The translations under genes and the position numbers were made by a program. Of a DNA stretch of 53,053 nucleotides, positions 46,804 to 53,053 are shown one piece after another (positions within the stretch are counted from its first letter, which is position 1; each line of letters begins with the position of its first letter). Source of the stretch: a virus (Duplodnaviria > Caudoviricetes); IMG/VR virus record IMGVR_UViG_3300006919_000073, positions 1 through 53,053 of that record; one strand, given 5' to 3'. Below the pieces are notes generated by a model that did no database searches, was not told the DNA's origin, and saw only the letters and a list, made by a program, of their open reading frames with translations.

Positions 46804-47600
46804 CGTCCTAAACGTTCTTGAGTATTATTCCCAATAAAGAAATCGGAGTGTGCATTCATTCTTGGGACCATGCGCACCCACATATTTTTGAAACTCTCCA
46901 TCTTGTCGATAGATGGGTAAGCGGCATCGTTCTGTGCTTTCACGCAGTACTGGCCCCACTTCTGATCGGCTATCCCCCAATTCAGAAACGGGTGCGTGTA
47001 CCCTCCCATCATCATCTGCCTTACGATGTACCATTCAAGCGCCTGTTTGTAGTAAATATTATCAGGCACCTTAGGATACCCATCATCACACATAGGATAC
47101 GCAGTAAAGTGAACCTTTACCGTACCCTTTTCAAAAGATGTTTGCAGATAGTCAGGGTTGATGACATAGTAGTCCCCGCCGTTATAACTCGCAGCTTTTA
47201 TAGACTGGCGCTGCTTGAATGTGTCGTTGCCGGTAGGATGTTCCCCTGCTTGCGTCTCAAAGACTTTTGCAGTTGTAACATCGCTCGTATTGTAAGGCTG
47301 GGGATTGGTAGTGCGTTTCGCATTAGGCAGGTCGTATGATGCCGTATCAGTTCCATAGGGAAGAGCACTACCCTCATACTCAACTTGGATAATGTCCACC
47401 AACTCACACGGCAACAAAGCCCGATGATCTGCCACGGTAAGTTCCATAGCCTTCTTCTCCAAACCGGTATGGTAACCAATGAATTCCAGCGCCTCACCAA
47501 TCCATTCAACGGCATCGTTAACCCACGTATCTGTGGTAGGCTTTAGATCACGAAAGACCTTCGCGATAACAGCTTTTGATGAGACGGTTTTGTAAATCAT
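46800..47600 (-). CDS. tail ring/tubular protein
   Basis: MIYKTVS...WIGEAL..IG...LPCEL...Y.INP.Y.QTSF..G.V...AYP.CDDGYP.VPD; synteny with the muzzle gene. Confidence 0.7.
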   Translation of the reverse strand: MIYKTVSSKAVIAKVFRDLKPTTDTWVNDAVEWIGEALEFIGYHTGLEKKAMELTVADHRALLPCELVDIIQVEYEGSALPYGTDTASYDLPNAKRTTNPQPYNTSDVTTAKVFETQAGEHPTGNDTFKQRQSIKAASYNGGDYYVINPDYLQTSFEKGTVKVHFTAYPMCDDGYPKVPDNIYYKQALEWYIVRQMMMGGYTHPFLNWGIADQKWGQYCVKAQNDAAYPSIDKMESFKNMWVRMVPRMNAHSDFFIGNNTQERLGR

Positions 47601-48055
47601 TGTTTGAAGTTCAAGTAGGCAAATTCATCCGTACGAAGTTTTTCTACGAGCTTTCGCTTATTGCCACGACTCCCTGCTGTAGGAGCAAACGTGTACACGC
47701 TTTTATTCTTGACCAAACACCGGTGCTTATCCCAGTTCCACCGATAGTAATAATCATCGGTGTAGTAAACGAGCTTCTTTATACCCTGTTTCTTCAGGCG
47801 GTTGGTCTCACCCCAGTCAATAGTAGGCTTGTTAAAGGTACGAGGTATCTTTTTAATTCTGATAGAACCAAGCCGTTGGCCCATATTGAATACTTGTCCC
47901 TCTAGTATTCTCTCACTTACCCTCTTATTGAATCGACTGATGATGTGCTTGTACAAAGCGTACGTTACCGGCGAATCCGGGTTTAGCTGCTTGTACCATT
48001 TATAGGAGTCCTTAGTGCTAAACTTACTCGCTGAGCTGTACTTCGTCGCTGTCAT
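47597..48055 (-). CDS. IHF/HU-like DNA-binding protein of crAss-like structural modules
   Basis: I...FN......ILEG..F.M...LG.IRIKK...IDWGET...YYTD..Y.R..W.K; basic. Confidence 0.68.
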   Translation of the reverse strand: MTATKYSSASKFSTKDSYKWYKQLNPDSPVTYALYKHIISRFNKRVSERILEGQVFNMGQRLGSIRIKKIPRTFNKPTIDWGETNRLKKQGIKKLVYYTDDYYYRWNWDKHRCLVKNKSVYTFAPTAGSRGNKRKLVEKLRTDEFAYLNFKQ

Positions 48056-48674
48056 TCTGTCGATTCTCTAATTGCATCTCTGTTGCCAGAATGCTCTGTG
48101 TAATACGCTGCACCATATCCATTGAAATAGGATACTCCTTATCCTCACTAAACGCTGCTGTATTGTCGCAGCAGACGTGTCCTGCTAAGTCCTGCGGCTG
48201 CTCAAAGATGCCCTTTAGTAAAATCTTACTAGGACGTGCATTCAGGACATAGATTCGATCGTTGGCGTAGATGTACCGGGGCTGATTAGCTCCCCACTTC
48301 TGGTGCATTGCGTATTCCGCTTGCACACCAGTAGTACGCTGGTAAGGTTTTTTGCCATCTACTGTACCCACATAACCAAACTCGCTGCCATCATAAATGC
48401 GCACTGGTCGTGGGATGGTCTTCTTTGTGCGCCATACCTCACAACCGATATCCTCTACAGTGCAGCACTCCATAGCGTTAGCTGCCTCCATTTCTAAGCA
48501 GTCTAACTTCTGCACGAATTGACTAGGCAAACTATGATTACGCTTCTGGTCCTGGCGGATAAACTGCGCACGATAGTACCCCACCATAAACTTCAGCCGT
48601 TCAAGCAAAATGGTGTCATCAGCCTTCTCAACTTGAAGAGCAATGTTGTAGACGATTTCGTTTAGCGTTGCCAT
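48024..48674 (-). CDS. tail ring/neck structural protein
   Basis: Start MATLNEIVYNI at 48674 (the 48866 start overlaps the holin); YR...IRQ, GIFEQP, EYPI motifs. Confidence 0.68.
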   Translation of the reverse strand: MATLNEIVYNIALQVEKADDTILLERLKFMVGYYRAQFIRQDQKRNHSLPSQFVQKLDCLEMEAANAMECCTVEDIGCEVWRTKKTIPRPVRIYDGSEFGYVGTVDGKKPYQRTTGVQAEYAMHQKWGANQPRYIYANDRIYVLNARPSKILLKGIFEQPQDLAGHVCCDNTAAFSEDKEYPISMDMVQRITQSILATEMQLENRQNDSDEVQLSE

Positions 48675-49111
48675 GGTAGCTGATTTTTGTCGACTGTCCG
48701 GACAACGAAGTATCCGCCAATCGTAGTGATCAATACAGTCTCGTACATCTTTACCCAGACCTCCCGAATGGTGTAGTCCATTGCTAGAGTATCGAGTAAG
48801 ATGAACCCAATAAGAAAGGCTACCAGTACTAACACGATAAGCGGCCTCACATTCCGAGCCAACCAACTCTTACTAGAGACATCAGCTTGCCAGCGCTGGG
48901 TAATATTGTTTTCCAGCGAGACGCGCTCCTCTTGTTCAAGACGATCGAATTCTAACTTTTGCTCAGGTGTGAGGCTGCTATCGTTACTAACCAAGTTCTT
49001 TACTACCCCCAAGAGTCCGGCATCTGGTAATGCATCGGCTACTACATCGAATACTCCGGGAGCTTTGTCCTTGAGCCACGACCCGAGCTTGGTGTCGCGG
49101 ACTTTATTCAT
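48662..49111 (-). CDS. holin (3TM/GTA-holin-like)
   Basis: RWQAD...SWLARNVRP, two TM helices, GGYF..R..DK; next to the lysin candidate. Confidence 0.75.
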   Translation of the reverse strand: MNKVRDTKLGSWLKDKAPGVFDVVADALPDAGLLGVVKNLVSNDSSLTPEQKLEFDRLEQEERVSLENNITQRWQADVSSKSWLARNVRPLIVLVLVAFLIGFILLDTLAMDYTIREVWVKMYETVLITTIGGYFVVRTVDKNQLPWQR

Positions 49112-49266
49112 TAGAACTTAAATGTGAAGTTGAAGAAAGTAAAGCTGTACAGCTTAGAACTCAAGTCAACAATGAAGTCAAACACCGTAATGGTGCCGAG
49201 ACGAAGCTTGAAGATAAACTTATCTCCGTGCTTATTAGGGTTACCCCATCCATTCTGGAATTTCAT
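49111..49266 (-). CDS. 51-aa hypothetical protein (not in ORF track)
   Basis: MKFQNGWGNPNKHGDKFIFKLRLGTITVFDFIVDLSSKLYSFTFFNFTFKF*; TAATG-coupled to the holin. Confidence 0.6.
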   Translation of the reverse strand: MKFQNGWGNPNKHGDKFIFKLRLGTITVFDFIVDLSSKLYSFTFFNFTFKF

Positions 49267-49753
49267 CGAAGTCATGGATTTCAATTGTTACGGTACCTCC
49301 ATCCGCGAGATGGTTTGCTACAGGCGGGTACACATCAAAATACGCCTGGGTGCTATTATATAACTCAAACTCTCCGCCGCCTACCCGCTTAGGCCCATAG
49401 CCCAGCAGTAAACAACCGGAGGTGTGCTCGTCTGTATTGCCACAATGGATGAGGATGTACTCAAAGTTTGGCACATCCTGCAAGTGCAGCATTCCCTTAT
49501 GAATGTCTTTGAACCGGTGAGAGTACTTTGCATGGTACCCTCCTACTGTACGAAGCTTGATTTCGTAGGTACCAGCAGGGATGCGCGTTTCATGCATCAC
49601 CTTTTCCTCCCGGTACTCATCTTCTAATGTAAAGCAAAGATACTTTCTTTTGCCTTTGCCTTCGCCAGTACTCATAAAGAGTGTTCCCAGCGTACTGTCC
49701 CTGCCCGTACTTACACGGTACAGCTCAAGCTTCATGTGTTTAGGTTGTTTCAT
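49241..49753 (-). CDS. DUF5675 family protein (L,D-transpeptidase-like fold), candidate endolysin
   Basis: STLGTL, CFTLED, TRIPAGTY, DVPNF..ILIHCGNT..HTSGCLLLG. Confidence 0.8.
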   Translation of the reverse strand: MKQPKHMKLELYRVSTGRDSTLGTLFMSTGEGKGKRKYLCFTLEDEYREEKVMHETRIPAGTYEIKLRTVGGYHAKYSHRFKDIHKGMLHLQDVPNFEYILIHCGNTDEHTSGCLLLGYGPKRVGGGEFELYNSTQAYFDVYPPVANHLADGGTVTIEIHDFDEIPEWMG

Positions 49754-49890
49754 TGTGTGTGTGTTTTCTCATCGGCAAACCACATGTTGTTTATCAGGTC
49801 TACCAATTCGTTGATTTTCGCAATGCGTTGCGCAACAGTTGCATTCGATTGCAGCTTTTCAACTGGCCGGGGGTCTTGAATCTTTTCCAT
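49750..49890 (-). CDS. 46-aa hypothetical protein (not in ORF track)
   Basis: MEKIQDPRPVEKLQSNATVAQRIAKINELVDLINNMWFADEKTHTQ*; coupled at both ends (TAATG, ATGA). Confidence 0.6.
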   Translation of the reverse strand: MEKIQDPRPVEKLQSNATVAQRIAKINELVDLINNMWFADEKTHTQ

Positions 49891-52800
49891 TAGTCAACTA
49901 AGAAGAATCTGAAACGTCCGTAAATACGCGTGGTTGTAGTAAGGGTACCGGTGCGATTCTCTAGCAAAGGCAAGATAAAACCCCCATTAATCGCACTCGT
50001 TGTAGTGAAACTGCCGTGGTGCACCACCGTTGAGGTGTTTGGATTTGCTGTTATGTCTGACACTCGGCCACGTAATGTCACAGTACGCTCGCTATCTGTA
50101 CTGCCAGAAGCACTTAATGAGCCACTCCAAATACTGATTCCCCAAGTACTATTGAGTGGCGCACTTTGAATACGGAAGTTATAGTCGCACCGAACTTTTT
50201 TGTCAGTGGTATGCACCGGGAATCCACACATCTGCAACTTGTAATTATCAATTGTAGATGTCGTAGAATTTATGGTTTGCCCAGAGCCATAAACACTCAA
50301 GCCTGTTTGAGACAATTCTGTAGAGTGCGAATAAAAGAACTCTCCATACGAAAGATTCATCGCCACTGTTTCGCCACTATCAGTGCTGCTCCACGTATAC
50401 AAGCCCCCCATGTCCGCTAACCAAGTTTCACTCGCACCACCGCCACTAACAGTAGTCCAGCTTAAAGCCTTAGAACCATCAGTTGTAAGTACCTGACCAT
50501 TTGTACCGTCAGCAGATGGCAAGGTCCAAAGGCAGTTTGCAGCAATACTACCAGGCGCCTTGAACCCTACATACTCGTCACCACTTGCAGCAGGGTACTC
50601 CTTAAGCCTAATCTCGCCTGATGTATAACCACTAGTATTTTGGAATACTACAGGCTTGCTGAACTTGAATACATCTTCAGAGTCATCCCATAAAAACAAT
50701 GAAACGTAAGTGGAATCATAAAGACCGAAGTCGTACCCGGCTACAGTAATCTTTCGACTAGCACTAAGCGTGAAGTCAGTATTGCCAATGTTCGTATTGG
50801 TGTCTGAGATAGTCGTAAATGCCAACGATCCAGAACCATTAGTAGTGAGGACTTGACCGTTACTACCATCAACTGAAGGAAGTGTGAAGGTCAGACTAGC
50901 ACTAAGCGAATCAGGAGCTTTAAGTGCAACAAAGTTTGAACCGTTACCCGCTACTTCTCTCAAAGCAAGAGTTGCTCCAGACTGACCGCTACCCGCACCT
51001 ATTGTCACATTTCCGTCATCAGCAATAACAAGCAATTCATGATTTTGCGTACTACTACTCCGGAAGGTCAATTCGTTCCCGTCAAGAGTGACTAGATGAT
51101 CCGCATCTAATGTCAAGTCCGCATTAGCGATGTTGGTGTTCGTATCGGATACAGCATTAACCCAGCTAAACGTCCCATCACCATCAGAGGCTAAGAGCTG
51201 TCCGCTAGTGCCGTTACCCGCAACGTTCAACTCAGACGCACCGATAGCGCTGGCATTGATGTGGATTGCATCCAGTGTATTGTGGGCAATCTTAGCACCT
51301 GTAATAGCATCGTCTGCTATACGTGCCATATTCAACGTACCGGTCAGTGAAGCAGCACTACCGTCAAAGGCGTCTGTAATACCGTACCCACTAATTGTGG
51401 TCGGCTTACCCGTCAGGTCACCAAAGGCTCCTGAAAACAATGTGGGCCTGTTGCTAAGGCTGTTGTAGTCACCGTCAAAGAGGGTTGGCAAGTTTGTAAG
51501 ACTATTGTAGTCTCCATCAAACAATGAAGGCTTGCCTGTTAAGTCTGCGTACGCGCCGCTAAAAAGGGCGGTATCTCCTTCAAGTGCCGTGCCTGCAGTA
51601 GTCCCAAACCCGGGGAATGTGACTTTTGCCGTATTAGCTGCAACGCTAGTATTATTGCTTACCTCGGTGTCAAAGTCTGTAATTGCTGACGCAGTGTGAG
51701 TGTGTGCCGATGGCGTAAACGTTGACGGAACGCCTGTTAATTGAGAATATGCAACACTCAGTGCAGCCTCATGTGCAGTAACATCTCCTTCAGTAACCGT
51801 GTAGCTTGTAATGTACCCCGCACCATTAGTCAACTCATTGTTGTTAGTTGGGATAGTAGGCTTACCGGTCAAGTCAGCATAAGCACCAGAGAACAAAGCC
51901 GTATCACCCTCAAGGGCAGTACCAGCAGTCGTACCGAATCCGGGAAAGGATGTTTTTGCACTATTCGCTGTTATAGCATTGGCCTGTGCGGTCGTAATTG
52001 TAGTAGTGTCTCCTGCTAAGGCCGTAGTACTTGTAGTTCCAAGCTGCAAAAGCTCCGTATCTCCTTCGAGCGCTGTACCCGCTGTTGTGCCAAAGCCTGG
52101 AAATGATGTCTTCGCTGTGTTTGCAGTAATGGCGTTAGCCTGTGCCGTGGTAATTGTTGTCGTATCACCTGCAAGCGCTGTAGTCGAAGTAGACCCTAAT
52201 TCCAGCGCATCTGTAATGCCGTAGCCTGCAATCGTGGTAGGAGTACCCGTGAGGCTACTAAATGCACCATCGAAAGAAGAAGCCGAGTTGGTAATTGTTA
52301 CGGTACCTCCTGCACTATAGGCTAAGGAGATACCGCTACCCCCGACGAGATTTAAGTCACCGCCAGAGCTAACAGTCGTTCGCTGGGTACCACCAGTCTT
52401 AAGATTCCAAGATCCATAGTTGTCGGCGTGCTGCAATACGCTGGAAGCACTAATACGAGCATTGGCAAATGTGCCGCTACTAATAGAGCTTGCTGACAAA
52501 TTACTTACCGAGGCATTGTTGAAGTTTACAAGATGCGGGCTATTGGTAGAGCTGAAAGATAAATTTCTAAGTACAGTATTACCGGTTACACTCAAAGTAC
52601 TGCCTAAGCTGACTGCCGTTGTCGCACCAAAAGTCGCTGTTGCTTTGACTGCACTACTTGAGCCGTCAATGCTCAAAGCGGTCACAGAACTTTCGCTACC
52701 ACTTGCTCCTGCTTGAACAGCAAACCTGTGACCGCCTGGGCTACTCTCAGTAGAAGCGTAGAAGGTGTTACCGGTAGTTCCCGTTTGCAGTTTATTCTCT

Positions 52801-53053
52801 GCCGGCTGTATACGCAGAAAGGAACTAGTCAAATCCTTACTGTCGTCCAAGAAAATACCACGGTCGTTAGTGGTACTCTTGAGAGCTTTAGACAGGCTTA
52901 AAACGTCCGATTCAATGGACGAGATATCTGATTGAATTGTACTGATATCAGACTCGACATCACTGATATCGCTCGCATTCGTTGCAATACGGGTATCAAT
53001 CAGAGTTGCTCCAAATAGCGTACCTCCATTCAAGACAGAAATTACAGCGTCCC
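49890..53053 (-). CDS. tail fibre protein (5'-truncated by the window end)
   Basis: Frame is open to the window edge; coiled-coil followed by Thr/Gly/Ser-rich repeats, LTGKP repeats, and GQVLTTDGSG-type fibre modules. Confidence 0.85.
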   Translation of the reverse strand, partial: DAVISVLNGGTLFGATLIDTRIATNASDISDVESDISTIQSDISSIESDVLSLSKALKSTTNDRGIFLDDSKDLTSSFLRIQPAENKLQTGTTGNTFYASTESSPGGHRFAVQAGASGSESSVTALSIDGSSSAVKATATFGATTAVSLGSTLSVTGNTVLRNLSFSSTNSPHLVNFNNASVSNLSASSISSGTFANARISASSVLQHADNYGSWNLKTGGTQRTTVSSGGDLNLVGGSGISLAYSAGGTVTITNSASSFDGAFSSLTGTPTTIAGYGITDALELGSTSTTALAGDTTTITTAQANAITANTAKTSFPGFGTTAGTALEGDTELLQLGTTSTTALAGDTTTITTAQANAITANSAKTSFPGFGTTAGTALEGDTALFSGAYADLTGKPTIPTNNNELTNGAGYITSYTVTEGDVTAHEAALSVAYSQLTGVPSTFTPSAHTHTASAITDFDTEVSNNTSVAANTAKVTFPGFGTTAGTALEGDTALFSGAYADLTGKPSLFDGDYNSLTNLPTLFDGDYNSLSNRPTLFSGAFGDLTGKPTTISGYGITDAFDGSAASLTGTLNMARIADDAITGAKIAHNTLDAIHINASAIGASELNVAGNGTSGQLLASDGDGTFSWVNAVSDTNTNIANADLTLDADHLVTLDGNELTFRSSSTQNHELLVIADDGNVTIGAGSGQSGATLALREVAGNGSNFVALKAPDSLSASLTFTLPSVDGSNGQVLTTNGSGSLAFTTISDTNTNIGNTDFTLSASRKITVAGYDFGLYDSTYVSLFLWDDSEDVFKFSKPVVFQNTSGYTSGEIRLKEYPAASGDEYVGFKAPGSIAANCLWTLPSADGTNGQVLTTDGSKALSWTTVSGGGASETWLADMGGLYTWSSTDSGETVAMNLSYGEFFYSHSTELSQTGLSVYGSGQTINSTTSTIDNYKLQMCGFPVHTTDKKVRCDYNFRIQSAPLNSTWGISIWSGSLSASGSTDSERTVTLRGRVSDITANPNTSTVVHHGSFTTTSAINGGFILPLLENRTGTLTTTTRIYGRFRFFLVD
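51400..52270 (-). repeat. nested protein-level repeats in the tail fibre
   Basis: Two tandem ~50-aa units (TSTTALAGDTTTITTAQANAITAN.AKTSFPGFGTTAGTALEGDT) plus a partial third; several 13-aa LF[SD]G.Y..L...P units. Confidence 0.85.

Noticed and set aside
48675-48866. N-terminal 64 aa of the 280-aa ORF 48024-48866
   Set aside because: It lies within the holin gene; MATLNEIVY at 48674 is the more plausible start.
51400-52270. DGR template/variable repeat pair in the tail fibre
   Set aside because: Differences between copies are mostly synonymous third-position changes rather than adenine-specific, and no reverse transcriptase is seen.
1-53053. Stop-codon reassignment, as seen in some crAss-like phages
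   Set aside because: Code 11 gives dense, uninterrupted ORFs including 4969 aa. TAA, TGA and TAG (e.g. 3663-3665, 4045-4047) all appear as stops at plausible gene ends.

Overview
This window is part of a dsDNA tailed-phage genome with crAss-like (Crassvirales-type) organisation, read in the standard genetic code. The host is probably Bacteroidota (Flavobacteriales-like). There are two convergent blocks. The + strand block (1-17525) carries replication and metabolism genes: family A DNA polymerase, SF2 helicase, DnaB helicase, AAA ATPase, primase, RusA-like resolvase, PD-(D/E)XK exonuclease, uracil-DNA glycosylase, an amidoligase with a GATase-GGCT fusion, and tRNA-Leu(UAA). The - strand block (17526-53053) carries virion and lysis genes: a 4969-aa virion RNA polymerase polyprotein, ejected/cargo proteins including a GH19 muralytic domain, small basic proteins, muzzle and ring proteins, holin, a DUF5675 lysin candidate and a tail fibre. 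An accessory island at the junction (about 15.1-20.0 kb) holds the most unusual content. It encodes a translationally coupled two-component signalling operon (small membrane protein, histidine kinase, stand-alone receiver, coiled-coil membrane protein). Facing it is a host-envelope module (T9SS type-B CTD cargo protein, lipoprotein, dockerin-like micro-protein). Other notable items are five P-x-G-x-S-P-A-[EQ] repeats bracketing the RNAP domain, a stand-alone peptide resembling the ribonucleotide reductase redox tail, and a probable frameshift at about 37665. All assignments come from motif recognition by eye; no database searches were run.
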